Shown here: positions 37,101 through 52,100 of the stretch, one piece after another
How positions within the stretch are numbered: the first letter of the stretch is position 1
How the letters are laid out: each line of letters starts with the position of its first letter
DNA from: Phoronis australis
Lineage: Eukaryota; Animalia; Phoronida
DNA: 64,000 nucleotides
Direction: 5' to 3'
Assembly (NCBI GenBank): GCA_002633005.1
Contig: NMRA01000362.1
Coordinates: forward strand, 394,968-458,967
Notes under the pieces: generated by a model
Told to the model about the DNA's origin: nothing
Databases searched by the model: none
The model's input: the letters and a program-made list of their open reading frames with translations, nothing else
Translations under genes and position numbers: made by a program

Positions 37101-40100
37101 AATTGTTCAATGGTTGCTTAATTGCCATATTTCTATTTTTCAGGGGCTCACTACATTATTGCAAACGCTCAAATTTTACTAAATGTCGCCGGTAATAGCT
37201 ACGCCATACAAACCATGCTGAAAGCAAAGTGAATTTCCTGAAAAGTTATTTTCGTTGAGAAATTTGACAAATGAAATTTCGTTTTTCTGTCATACTGTGT
37301 CCAAGGCTGAAGAGTTTTTACTGTAAGATTAGTTATAATAGCCTGGCTGAGAAATGGATTGTTGGGCAACAGACAAAGGACAATCATTAAAATTATTATT
37401 ACATTACCAAAAGCATGTCTTCACTAAATTCTCTTTTTCTCTAGAACAGAGATGGTGTTCATTTGTCCAGTGAACATTCTTTAAATTCTTTTGTTGTGTG
37501 CGTTTTTTACTAACGATTGACGAGACGGCATACGATTGTTTACAAAAGACTGATTCATTGCTTTCTATCTGTTCCTATTTGCTTCATTGTAAAATTTACA
37601 TTGTAGCATATTCCAACTTTGGAACTGATGCTCATTTTATGTAAATTTCAAATATTTGGAGCGAGCACCAGAGAGCTTGAACACGCTTGCGTGCAGTTTC
37701 AAAATTTTATAATTATTACAATGTGTTGTGTCATTTCCAGGTTCCACTAGTCGTCGTCAGTTACTGTCTTGGAAGTACAATGCATCCGGATGCATCACTG
37801 CTTTAAAGTGCAAAAATGCCCTTGAAACTATCACATACAGTAAGTGCTACCTGGAGTTTTGACTATAATGAGTCACCGTACTAGTGTACTCAACTCATTT
37901 TGACACCTGCGTTCACTCACAAAAAGTGTCCAACCGGATCAATTTCAGCCAAGGGCTGATGTTTTTCTTTTTGAAAAACTGCACAAAGACACGTACTTGA
38001 GCAAGATTTGAAACGCCATGATTTGCTAAGTGATGAGTAAGAAAATGAAATAAAAACACCCCCTGTCATTTTTGCTCATCTCACTTGGATAAATTTTCCT
38101 TTTTTCAAAAATGGGCAACTAAGACAAAAATTCTTCACCACCGACTCGATTTTCAAAACACCATAGACCTGAACCAATTATGCTTTTTTGGCCTGATCAT
38201 GGTCTTGGTAATGTTAACAGATGACAATTTGGAAATTTAAAGTACAATCATGTACTCATATGCTAATAGAATTAGGTTGAAGGCATCATAGCATAAAATG
38301 AGTAGACTGGAGTGTCTGGGCCCAGCACTACCAGTCCTTGAATTGGTAATAACAGTGATATTGATGACGACGTTCCGTTCTGACGTTCATGATCAGGATG
38401 ACAATGTTATCGCCACTGCCACTAGGGGTCATGACAGTGTCGATAATGATTATTCTGCTTGGCTTTGCATCTATTCGGATTCCATTAAAAACAGACAAGA
38501 ATATCTCTCCCATTAAGTATGGATAACCATAGAATGGATAAAATAAATACGAAATACACAGAAAAGAAATTGAGACACACTAATAAACATACAGTTTGCT
38601 ACTCAGTACTTTCAACTCATTAGATACTCTTTCTCATTTTAGCCCGTAAAGTGCCACTACTTCTGTTCAGCGGTGATTCCTCTGGAGTCATCACAAAGTG
38701 GGAACGGATGCAGTCTAACCATTTCATGTACAGGTGAGAAAACTACGTGCTTTAGTTTGACGGCAGCATACGGTTACGAAATAAGCAATCAGTTTTTGCG
38801 TTATAGTGATTCAGTGGCATTTGTCTTTTTGGTTTTGTGGACAAAAATAATTGCCAAAGTCGTTACAATAATCAAAATTTCACCAAGTGTTTTACTGACA
38901 AAAAGTTATCATTTGGTAGGTCTACCAGGGGAACTTCACCATGGCCATGCAGTGTTAATCATCTTACGGATGAGCACTCACGTCAGATCTTAGTAGTGAT
39001 GTCGGAAAAGTAGAATTATATTCTTACCTTGGCAGATGTAATATACTTGCCCTGTCTAGGATCTTGTCAGGCTTTAGTGTAGGTACTTGACTTTTCTTTA
39101 TTACTTAGATGAGCTGTTGTAGAGGATTGATTGGACATAGATTAGCATGTGTGCTTGGCTTTCCTGTACCTCCTCAAGGGAGCAATTGAATATTCTGTTG
39201 TCATCGTAGTGGAGCCATTAATACCAGAATCCTCTTGATGTATTTTCTTTACTTCTTATTTGATTTATTTTTACAAAGTGAATTTCATTTTGTGTATTCT
39301 TTTGTGGTAAATGGGTATACAGTTGAACAGGTCTTGTCAACTTCTTTCGTCCTTTTTCAGCAAAGAGATGTTTAACATTGCGGACATTAAAAACAATAAG
39401 AAGAAAGCGACGGAACAAAAATCCAAACCCAAGTTGTCCACGTCTTCATTTATTGGTCAACAGAAGAAGATTGTTAGTAGTTATGCATATGCCAAACCTC
39501 TGATTAGCACGGTGAGTATATAAGTGCCGAGGCTTTTTGTAACAAGATCATGAATTAATTTCCTGTAGTTAGGCATAGTTGCATTACATGTATTGCTATA
39601 TTCGGAATAGTCATTGTTAAGTCCTCTTGCTGAGCATTACCTTGTCATCATAGATTATAAATAGATGATTAGATTTTGCCCTTTTGAAGATGCTATGTTT
39701 GCTGAGAAGTTAATTCCCTAACTGTTCCATTCATGGAGCTCTCCGTGCTTCTCAGGTTTTCACCATGAAATGAACCACGTTGAAATTTGACAGTTTTCAC
39801 TTGGGAAGATGTATACGAAAGTTTGATTTATCACAAGAATTCGTTTTTTTAGCTGCTGTCAAAATTTTATCAAAATCTCTTACTAAATAAATGCTTTGTG
39901 GATTCTGACAATCTCAATAAATCCTTTTCTGACTAAGAGAATCGTCAACTACATGCAATAATATATATAATATCAATCTCTTCAACAGGGCTGTTTAGTT
40001 GCATCAAAAGTTTTATTCCGTTGCTAATTAGTTCTGGCATAACGTGGGTTAACGTTTGGGAGAGTTTGACAGCATTCTGCTTAAGTCTGTTCAGTTTATT

Positions 40101-43100
40101 TTGAAAACTATTCTATGCAATTTGCTTTGTATTAAGAGGCATTTATGGAACACAAAGTCTTTACTTGCATTACAAGCTACTGCCCCACACTGCACACTAA
40201 TGCCCTGTTGTCATGGTTGCGTTTACATTCTTTTAATGCAACACTGTTGTGTTTGCGACCTTGTTCTTACAGGTTAACATTCATCTTAATTGGCAAGTTG
40301 AAAAAAATGGCCTGCTTTTGAAAATGCATACATTCTATTGAATTCGATGCATTGATTTATGTTGTCACATTGCACACTATGCATGAGGTGATAACGGCAC
40401 TGTAACACCATTTCACCATATCACCTCAAAGAATGTTAGTCACAAAGTCACTTGTTTAACTGCAACTTTGCACTACAGACTGTTGCATCATGCTAATTCA
40501 TTTAATATCTAAACAAAAGAGGTCGCCACAGTGTAGAAACAACAATGTTGGGTGACTTTGGATACCTACTTTGGATCATCCATTGAATTCAGTCCAGCTG
40601 TTTGGGCTGCTAATTGATCACCAATGTAATCCTTAATGACACCTCATTATGTCTTAACACTATATATGCCTGTTGGCTGTTGGCAGCCCTGCCATATGGC
40701 TCTCTATTGTGTTGGCAGGGAATGAAATCATTGAAACTTACGCTTCAGTTCACAAATTTGATTGGGTTTTGGCTTGAAGATTCATCTGTATTAGTAATTC
40801 CCACGTCATGCTTTACACGATTCCTGACATCAAATTCGTTTCGATCCCAGTCCCAATAAATCTGTGTTACTGAAACACGGCATTCTTCACCCGCATTTCT
40901 TGAATCACATCCACAAAAAGGACCCTATAATCATGATTCCCGAAAAGCCTCCCCGTCATCTTCCAAATGTTGTGAGGAATGGGGAAAATGGTGGAGAACA
41001 ATCTATTTATCCCACATATTGAATGGTGAATTCTTACAAAACTCCCAAGATAAAATTCAAAAAGTGATTGTGAATCCGTACTCTGTGCAATAGATGAAAC
41101 ACGCAAGCATCGATCTTCTATTGTATATATCAGGTCAAGGCTCAAAACGCGCTTCGATCAAACCACATTTTCCCTCCATATTATTCAACGTATGGGTTAA
41201 TAACTCTTTTGGGTTGTCATATGTCCACAATTTGTCAAGACTATCTCATGGTTGCAATGGTACAGAACGTGAAAATGGTAAAGCTTAATTGTGGTACTTT
41301 CAGTTGTATGTTGTATGTTGTGTCGTAATTGGTGAAATTTTACCATGGACGGCAGAGGACAATCACTGTTGGTTTGAAATTTGAAAAAAAATAACTGTTT
41401 GTTAACTTTCTTGGAATTACTAGAATTGGTGCCCTTGGAAAATTTATTATCACTAAATTTTCGACCCACTGTAAGCGGTATAACGTAATTGTGAGGAGTA
41501 TTACCACTGAAAGGAGTATGAAATGGTAGATATGTGCTGAACAGCCAATGACCTGTCATAGCAACTGAGTTAGCTTGACATTCCAATTTGTGTCTCTGTA
41601 TAACCATTTCTTCTCACCGCACACAGCCTCCAGACTCAGACGAGCCAATGAAAGATGAGGAATTAATTACTGATAGTGAGGACACGCCTCCTGAGCCATT
41701 GGTAGTCTTTGATTGGTCACATTGGTGTCATGTGACCTTGCATGTCCTGGGTTGCAGATGTGTTGCATGGCTGCTTTTTAGATGCTGCATATAGCTGCAA
41801 GCTATTGATGCCTGCTAGTAGTTCAACATCTCTCTGTTTTTACAGAAAAGGTGAAAAATTATTCCTTTTTCCATCATGATGGGTAATAAGCTGTCTTGCC
41901 TCACAATGAGTCATCTTTCCAGCACTTCTCAAAGTCCACTTCTGCTTAGCTGTCATGATGGGAACTTGGGGTTATTTTGCCTGATTGTTTTGACATGCAC
42001 AGTAGCATTAAACAGCTTATTATTTGAGATGACTTATTCTTATTAAAATGACATAAGCAAAATTTGAATTTCTGTATTGAATTAATATAGGGGCCCAAAA
42101 TTCAATTTTGCTTGTCATTTTGATAAGAATAAGCCATTTATATAAAAAGCTGTTATTAGTCATGTGACAGATTTTTTTACCGCACATGCTCAGCTACACT
42201 CGCAACATACACATTTTTTGTGCAAAAACAGAAATGTTGCTGTCAGTCTTTTCCACAAATTTCCATTTAGATGAAGAATGAAATATGATAATCATTCATG
42301 ATTTTCCATTGAAGCCATTCTAACTAAATCCAATCAGAAAAGGTTGCCATGACTACAGAGATGCTGAACTACGTAGGCCGCTTATCACACAGAGTGTTGT
42401 TCCCACGTGATATGCTTCTAATACGCACCCTTAAAGTCGAACAGATTTATAGTCATGTGAAGGATATACTCATGGTAAATCACAAGTATCAGATATTCTT
42501 TGAGTATTTGTACAGCTGACTGAGATCACATGGAGAGTTTTCTCTCCAAGGTGTATATTTGTTTGTGAGTGTTAGCGATTTGTCTAACTGATAATGTGTG
42601 AAGTCATTTGTTCTAAAATTGCATGATGAAGTGTCCGTAGTGCCATTGTAGTTTATCTGTGAGTTTCATGGTGTCTTGCAGTATAGTTTGGTGATTTCAT
42701 TTAAATGGTGTTTTTAGTACGAGTTTCATTTACTAATCCAGTCTGCATCAAGGCTGTTTGCTGATAACAGAGCAAAAGCTGCTGTGAAGGGGTTTTTGGT
42801 GAACAAAATAAGTTTTTAAGTGATTCAGACCACTTATCTTGTTGATATTGATCTTGACTTGTTCCTTAACATAGATTACACTGGTGATTTCTGTGCTGAG
42901 AAAGGACTGTTTGTTATTGCTTGAGTCTAGGCTCCTGGTCTTGGCAGTGCTAGTTACTAAGGTTAAGGTCTTATAACATAATGCTTTTTATGAATTCTAA
43001 CTTGAATAAAAGTAAGAGAAAGGGTTTGTTTATATCTGACATGTACACCTTTTGCTCTTACATAATTTTAATGGCATTGATTGTCACTAAGTTTCGATTG

Positions 43101-46100
43101 AAGTGAGCCGTTGGTGTCACTGGCAAGTTTTATGAAGTCTAACGTGCTTTTTGAACATTCTATGTAACGATAGTTACAATATTGTTAAAAATCTGATTGA
43201 ATACATGACATTGCGAGTATTTTAATATTAGGTTTCTCAATTTCTTTGAAAAATGTATTGGTAAGCCCCATTTTCCAGGTTCGACCAAAAAATGTTGTTG
43301 CGTCATTTTTGAGTGTTGCCCTACTAGACATTTCACCCTTGCGTTTTGGCATCAAGTCCCAGGTCCATTGTGTTTTCAATTTAGGCGTCCCGTTTTTTTA
43401 TTCTTGAATGTTGGTAACTATATGTGTAACGTATATATCAAAAAGATTATCTGGTTGAGCGACATCTGCCGGACAGTAAAATTATCTGTTATCTAATTGT
43501 AAACTATTTCCTTGTTTGCCTTTCAACTCCAGCAGTCCTACAAGAGAAAGGTTGGTTGATCTCCGTCTCACCTGCTCATCAGTGTTGTCTGCTTTTGGTT
43601 GAATTTCCATTATCTCCCCTGTCCATTGATGGACATGTCATGATCATGATCTGTATGTCAACCTCTACCCCGGTGATCCTAAGTGTGTCGTGATATTTGT
43701 CAGTGGCATCTAGTGTGAATAACAACAACTAATTCAAAAATATAGTTGAGGTTCTGATTTGATCATATCCTTATCCTGGATATGATTTATTATGGCTCAT
43801 ATGTCAAGACCAGCCATCCCACTTTACAGTGTTTCTTCTTATTTTGTTTTTATAAAAAAGCTCCCAGTGTGAGTTCTAAGCGATCTCCTTCAACTATTAC
43901 TTGAGAAGAACATGGCCTTTACTTATCATGAGCATCTAAAAAACCTGTTACTTTTAAGAGATTCAAGCACAAACTAATTAAAAAATAATTACCAAAATTG
44001 TCATGTATTAAGTCAGATGAGCTTACATTAAATGAAGTTCTGTACTACATACATTTTCCACTTTTTACTCTCAGCAAATGTAGAGGACAGCCTATGTGAA
44101 CTTTTAGCTGAGAAATTTGACAAAATCAAATTCCATTTTGTCTGACAGCGAAAGACATTTCTCGCAGATTCTCAAATTCCAGACTGGGATTAGACAACTA
44201 TTTCAGTGGTTGATGGCTCTATGTAGTAAATTCTGTTTGGATGAGCTTAGTATTGTCCAATTCTCTCATACACAGCCTATGGTAGTGGATATATCATTGG
44301 GGGAAATGGGTTTTTGTGAAATTTGCTTACGATTGAGTCTTTTCATGTTTTGTAAAGGCTTTGAGAAACTTACTGTCAGTAGAGGTCATTCACAGGGGTC
44401 CTGTATTTTGAGAACCAGTTTTTTCCACTGAATGACAGCTGTCAAACTGGTTCTCAAAAACGAGGAACCCCTGTAAGTGACTGTTGCGTTATTGTCTGTG
44501 TAGTATGCGGACTTGGGTTGTTTTTGTGTATTTAATGGTGCATGGTGATCAAATTGTTGAAGGCAGAACTGCTTACGTATTTGATTTGTTGGTGTGTGTT
44601 TGCAGTATTTAAATTAAGGTCAATGTGCAAGACTGAAAAATGTTAAAATTTGGTTATAACTTCAGAACATCAAATCTCAGATATGGCTAATCTGATTCAA
44701 ATGAAGCTTTCAGACACTGTTTTCAAAATTATGGTAGGAAATGTTTTTAAATATTTTTTGCATGAAGAACTATCAAAATGGGACTTAAAATCAAAAGCAG
44801 CAAACAAAGGGATTAAATTTAGAAAACTTTAAGTAGGAATTGATTTTAAAGTGTTTCATTTTTGGATATAAAAATTGGACTTTTAGGAATATTGTGATAA
44901 AAAACAATATTTCATATTGAACATCTGTATTAAAAAACTTTTGGTAATTTTTAATATCATTTTAAAAGAATGTAGCCGCATCACCCAATTAATGGCAAAT
45001 TGGTGTTCAGGTCAAAAATGTTTTCTACTTTTACAAAATATGAACTTTTATTGGCTTGAAGGATAAAGTTTTCTTCATATTCGTCAATAAGATTACATAA
45101 CTGAGACAAAACCATTACCTTACTGAGTGATAAAATTTCCAATGTAATTTGTGTGTGATTGCTGTAGTTTCCCATTTGGTGGCTAGTTTTTCAAAAATGG
45201 CACTGTTTGTGCTCCAACCATTTCAGAATCAGTAACAAAAATGGAAAGATTTAGACCAAATTATTAGTTTTATTCACGTGAAAAGAATCCTATGTTGATA
45301 CCCTCACGGGTTGAGATTGGGCATTACTCGACCAATTTGCATACCTCAAACTTTGCCAGCATTGATCAAAGACACCAAGCTGTTGTAGTTCATTGCCTCA
45401 GGCTGCTGGTGTTATTCAGTTCTCTAGATAATCAGTCCCATCATAAGTACACATGAATATAGGTTTTTGAATTTTGAAAATCAGACAAGAAATGTGACTT
45501 TTACAACCTAAAATTTTGTATTTGTTGCCATATTATGCCTGTCACTAATTCTTCTAAGAGTACAACATAATCGGGCCAATAATCTTTCCAAAATAGCAGG
45601 CAGCTGTTGGATTTTGAGGAAAGCCATGTGTCATCGTACAATTCTTGGCATACAGTAGTGAAGTCTCTCTGGATTAATGGACACTCAGACTATTTACCTA
45701 GCTCAAGATATCTCAAAAACAAAATTAATGAAAGTTTTTATGGAGACTTGCTCAAGAATGATTAATATACTATACAGTCTTACCTTTAATTGACCTAACT
45801 CAACTAGATATAACATAAGTCACACGTTTTTCCAGTCAGAGGCTTTCTGAAGAATTCAGTTTTGTATGACAGCCTCTTAACACACACTTCATATTTTTTG
45901 TTTTCAGAAAATATCCAAAGATCCACTCATAGGTATACTGAATGCTGTTTTTGTCGAAGAGTTGGACGTCATTCTTGCAGCCAGCGAGGACGGAAATATC
46001 TGTGAGTTGTCTGTTGATAAAAACACATTTAAAGCTGTTAATCTGTACCGTCAGAAAGTACAATGATTGGGCAATCTAAACAGAATACTTTAGTCCCCAT

Positions 46101-49100
46101 ATGAACCTTTATATGGTCGATCGATTTCACAAATTTAGGCCTAAGTGTATACATTAAAGAGTGACCTGTCAGCAGGAATCATATTAAGTAGTAACAATAC
46201 CAGCGGTAGTCATTAGGCAAATCTTACTCTAACAGGATTTGCACGCAAGTGGACCAGCAAGCTTGCACTATTTACCCCAGAGTACCAGAGAAGTCCTTAG
46301 CACATCAAAGGCTTGATGGCACCATCCCGGATTGAAGAGAACTTAAGTCGCTATTCATGGGCTTGGCTGAACGTGCTGGATGAGATAATTGTTGTCATTA
46401 ACCAACACGCCTTTTAGCATATGAGTTTCAAAATCAAAAATTTAAAAGTATATAGTAAACCTTTTTTGAATTTTTAAAATCAATTCATTTTAAAAGAAAT
46501 TAGTGAACACGTATGTTTTCTTCAGCATCGCGGATAAGCCACGAGCATTAATTTGTCAATCGATTGTGATGGGTTGCAGTCACAGTCTGGCTTAGGCTCG
46601 CTTTGGCATTGAGGTAACAAAACCCCAAGTGTAGGAATTATCTCATGATGGTAAAAAGAACATGAACAATACAAATAATATGGGTAGGGAAATTCTAAAA
46701 TTTGTCATTGAAAAGCTTTATTTTTTAAATTTTCAGATGTATGGGGTTTTGATGAGGCAGCTGTCAAGGTGTTGCAGACCATGAAACCTCCAGAAGTTCA
46801 AAAGCTCATACGTCGATACGCCATCTTGCTAGACGATGAGTCATCACTTCTGCCACAGGACAAAACTAAACAGTTTCATGTACGTACAGGTGACTGTAGT
46901 ATCCAGGGGCAGATCCAGGATTTTGAGTTGGGAGGGGGAAGGGCGGCGTAGTAGCCAGGATTTTGCCCATCAGACATTCGCACTCCCGAACTGCCAAATG
47001 GAATCTGGGAGAATTTTAGGCGGGGCCATGGCCAATTTGGCCCTCCCTTAAATCAGCCACTGGCATCGTAATATTTGTTGTGGTAGTCATGAGTTTTGCG
47101 ATGCATGTTTAGGGTTGTTCTTCTTCTAGTTAGCACAGAATACGACGGATTAGTGAAATTTTATTTCATTAAATTTGACAAAGAATATTACGAAGATTTT
47201 AGTCTATAATTACTTCGGTTTGTACTGTGCAGATGTTACAAAATAGTAAAGTTTACATGTACTTATTTGCAGCACTCTTTATCAACCTTTGAAAAATAGA
47301 AGACATACCGTTTTGACATTAAATTTTGTTTTTGTGCACAATCAGTGACATTTTCACGTACATTTGTTAAAAATTATTGACTTAAAGCTGCTTTTGATAG
47401 AGATCACGTGTTGTAGCGAATTAGGCCTCAACTTGTTCCTTACTCAAATTAAGGTTTTATTTTTGGGCTTGTAAATAACTTTATTATTCTTTGAGGCCAG
47501 AGCTGATGAATTGGCTTGTCACAACAGGCTACTTTACGTGCACAGCATGGTCCCAGGAAATCGTCAACTGTTTGTTCCTCACAAGCCCAACAATCTTGTC
47601 TGATTTGAGTAAGGAAGTCAAGACCAGGGTAGAGTTAAGTAACGTACGTTAGTGTCTTACTAGAAAAGCAAGACTGTGAGATATTGACGTGTATTTTTAA
47701 TGAAAGCACGTGATTTTGGCTAGATTTTTCTCACTTCGAGACGGTTATTGAACTCGACCAAGGTTTATAACGGCTAGTGGTCTAGTTTAGTTTTGTATTT
47801 TTTGACAAAAGGCAGGTTTAAATAAATTTCCAAGGTGCATTTAGCGGTAGGTGTGTAGTTCAATTAGCCATGCATGTGTCGCAGCTAAAGTGCTCTACTC
47901 ATGGGTTCTGCAGTGTAAAATATTCATGTGAAATAATATGTTGATGTACAAGGTTTGTCATGATTGACACGTGCGTTTCATGAGGGAAATCTCAACATGG
48001 TGCGGAAATACAGGAACTATGAAAAAAACAGCAATAAACAACAGTTTCACTAAGAATAAGGCACTCAAGTGTAACGTGATTACACTATCAGTACCAGTGC
48101 CAAACAAAGACTTAAGAGTGCTGTGTGCTTCATAGAAAAGGATCAAGATTTGTACACAAAGGCAATATACCTACTAATACTTCTGTATCTGACTTTGTGT
48201 ATTCTGCTGATTGACTATCATAGAACTGAAAACAATAATTCTTTTCAGCAGCAACCAATATTTGTAATTGGCTTAGCTGAGCACAGCTCCTAAAAATAGT
48301 TGATGGCTTTTTGTGATACGGCAGTGAGGTGCCTGAATCTTGTTCTGAAATGTATTTGAGCAGTGGCTGCAGAATTCGGGTGTTTCCATCGATTTCTCTT
48401 AAGTATATAGGATACAAATACAGACCTACAATTTCACAACTATGTTCTCTCTACGGTGAGTGAAAGCAATACAATACTTACGTATGGTATGGGTAATTTT
48501 AATCTGCCAAAGAACGCAGTCAGTCACGAAATTGGAACCCATTTCTTAGCACTTCTTTTAAGCTGAGTATTGTTTCTTGGAACTGAATTTGATCTACTTC
48601 TACATGTTCTTGTTCAGTGGGTAAGAGACAATGCCATTCACAAACAGGTATAACTCCCATACTTTTAGTGTGCCCAACTAATCTGTGTTTTTCTTGAGTG
48701 AATAAAAGGTTTTCTTTTGTGTTCTAGTATAGTTATCCTTGTGACCCTCAGAGAAAGTGTGAACCATCAATGTTGACACAAGAATGTCACCGCCTTCTTA
48801 GGGTCACAAATATTTTTTAGAAAGTCCATATCTTTTGGGTACAGGCAATTTAACATACTTGAAAACCTGTTAACCATTCTACGAAAGCAATTGGAGCTTT
48901 AACCTCAAAAACGAACACTTTTAGTCACCAAATAATTACTCTTGTGATTTTTTGTTACAATTTGTCTCCAGAAGACAATTTGGTGACGTAAAAACTTCAT
49001 TTGAAATGTGTCAACCAGAATCCCTCATTCCCGCTAAGCCCATAAAATACATATGGAGTCGATAACATCAATTAAGTTTACAAATAAAAGTCTTGTCCTT

Positions 49101-52100
49101 GTTATTTTGTACCAGTGTTCCTCAAAAACAGTTGTACCCTGCATGTATTTGTCAAGTGTTTGAATATGTCTGAAAATGTGTCAAATGTATGTCGTGTATG
49201 TGGTTGAATTTGACCGTTCTAGATGCATGCGATTACATGTCTAGTGCTTATCTTTGATCTTGTTTCGTGGTTGTCGTGTGGTTGTGTTAGATGGGCCAGT
49301 TTTGTGCTCAAATTGAAGGAATTAGATATCATAATTTTTGTATCTTGAATTTCACAATAAGTGGCTGTTATGAAAGAGCATTTACAAATCATACTGCTGA
49401 AAGCTGTGAATAAAGGAAACCAGGACAAATTCTTAAAAAGATATCCTGGTTGCAAAATTTTTCATTGAAATCTCTGGAACTTTGTAAAAGGGGAATCCAT
49501 TTGTAAATAATTTGGTATTTGTAAATGAGCAGCTTTTAAAATTTGTTAATGGATTGTTTTTTAATTGTTTGACTAGTGAGGGCGCTGCATCCTAAGTCAT
49601 TTGCATGTTGCAGGATGAAGAGTCAGTGACCAATCGCGTGGCTGGATTCATCTGCAAACATGTTCTGTCTTACCACACCAGCTGTGTTACATCATTGGTC
49701 GTTATCAACAGACCGGAATACGATAAAATATTTGTTGTAAGTTGATCCCTTTTGCATGATGTGTAGATCACAATTTAAGTTGACAGATGGCCTTGTTCAG
49801 AGATGCAAAGACCAATTATGTCTATTGTTTTATATTAGGAAGTTGTCATAATCCGATTCAGCAGTCACGAATCCCTCCTGAATGCCTGAATTAATTTATA
49901 ATGAATTGATTTTGTTCATAATGGGATTTAAAAAGTCTGGCCAGAGTTTTTAGTTCACAAGCTTTGCTTGTTTTGTCTCAGCTATGAATTTCGTCGTCAA
50001 AACTATTCCTTATCCCATTGTAATGTTTCTCCATTGTGATTCAGGTCAGTGGCGGATGGGATCAACGTCTCGTCATATGGAATCTCAGTGACGGCTGGTA
50101 AATCTTATTGATTATTCTGTCAGTACTTTTCACTGCGTATGATATTGCAAAAATGAAGATAATCAATAAAATTATTGAAAGCAATTGTGCTTCCTAAATA
50201 TGTTCCATACGTCCACCAAACTAAAATTTTAGTTAGTTCAGGGCGTATTTCTAAAAAATTAACTCTACAGTATACTCCATCTTAACGTTCAGTAGATGTT
50301 TAAAGAGTGAACACACACGTATTGTATTTTGCATTGATTTAATAAGGTGTTAGCACATAAAAGGATTGCTGATTTTAGTCTTAGTCTTACCTTTTACATC
50401 CTTGTAATCTATTTAAGCTACCACGACTGTTTCCGTAACACGGCAAGTGATGCAGACATTGAGACCCTAGAATTGGCTTGTGATGGGATCATCATCAATA
50501 TGGCATACAGTGACACTACGTGAGTGAGACTTGATTATATTGCAGTTTGGGCTTGGACCCATGCAGAGAACTTGTCAGCATAGTGGCTTTGAATTTTGCG
50601 GACCGATGTAAATCATTGGTGTCAATCACACACATAGGTCTTAAGGTCAGTGAAAGTGGTTCTTTGTGAACCCTTCTCGTACAACTTCCCTAGCTAGATG
50701 CAAGCTTACAGTAAGAAAGGTTTATGGTCCTGGCTGAGAAGACAATTTGTTGTTTTATTACCCCCTATGAATTGTGAATAGCCAAGCCTGGAATGATTGC
50801 CATTTGTTACTTTTTTGCGCCCTTGTATTAATTTTATCAGCTTAACTATTGGTTTATGAGTGAAATCTAAGTTAAGTCCTATGCAGTGCTAATTATGTGA
50901 AGTTTACATAAGGTCATTTGGTTTTCTCAATGCAATCGCTAGCTGCATGTCAACACTCTCAGCATGCACATGCTAAACCCCACGCAAACGACATAAATTG
51001 ACAGTCGGTGAACTTCTAGCCTTTGAAAACACCTTTTGCACAGTAGTGTGATGATGGGAACTGTGATGCCTTGGTGCAAGTTTCCATTCACTTGCTGGTT
51101 TATATTTTGATGTTATTTATGAACAAGTGACGTCAGAATCTGGATGACATGAAATGCACAAAGACTTTTGAGTTTAGGGTCCTCCTGGTGGTGCAGTGGT
51201 AAAGTAGTGGCTTGTGAACAATGAGATCTTTGGATTGTACCACGACCAGTTCTGCATTACTGAGTTTACCATAGCAACAGTCTATGTGAAGGTGATTGGC
51301 CAGCATGGAGAATTATTGACTCTGAAATACGGGTTTAGAACTTCAGAAATCTGTTCGAATTATATGCCAATTAGTCTTGATCATCTTCCAGAAATGAGAT
51401 AGCTTATGCATCCAGTGACAAGATGGTCTACATTCGTAAGTTCTCTCCCAATGGTGCGGACATGAAACTACTGAATACTCTGCAGGGACACGAACAGGAA
51501 ATATCATCTATCAGATGGAATGCAATCCTGGGCAAGTGGATAACGGGCTCAGAGGATGGCACTATACGTATCTGGGTATGTTTGAACTATTGCATATTTA
51601 TACACAAATACGTGTAAAATCGTAACGTTTGCTACTATTGTCACGAAGATTGACTAATTATGGCATGACTGTATGTTCATAGTGAGATAAATTCTTTTGA
51701 AACTCTAAACACAGATTTTGAATAACCTCATGGTGGATGACTCCATTTTGCATCCCAGAATGCCAAGTGTTACACAAAGTGAGATCAATTTCCTAAAGGT
51801 CTAATGTTCTACAACTACATCTGCAAAGAATCAAATTGCAATTTTCGTGAAGAAATCTTTTAACTTTATGTTCTTGACATTCCGAGTATGTTAATTAAAT
51901 TCTGCTCTTTTTCCTTTACAGTCGGGGCGTGGAATGAATGAATGCGAACAGGTCCTGTCTACTCAAGGCCCTGTCGCTTCTTTGTGTATTGATATTGTCA
52001 ACGGTAGTATCATAGCTGGAGTTGAGGACGTCATCAAGTAAGTGCAAATATATCATACTAAGAACTTTCATTTACAATTTTGAGAAACACTCATGGTGTC

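Noticed and set aside
40820-41095. Open frames in the large WD40 intron (HQIRFDPSPNK... and ICVTETRHSSP...)
   Set aside because: No convincing phase-compatible splice sites and no recognisable domain.
41846-41850. 5-nt exon-like segment (tttttacag|AAAAG|gtgaaa)
   Set aside because: It would frameshift, and no compensating partner exon was found.
47502-47604. Intronic box C/D snoRNA (TGATGA...CTGA)
   Set aside because: The boxes lie inside a TIR-bounded MITE-like element, and there is no proper terminal stem or recognisable rRNA guide.
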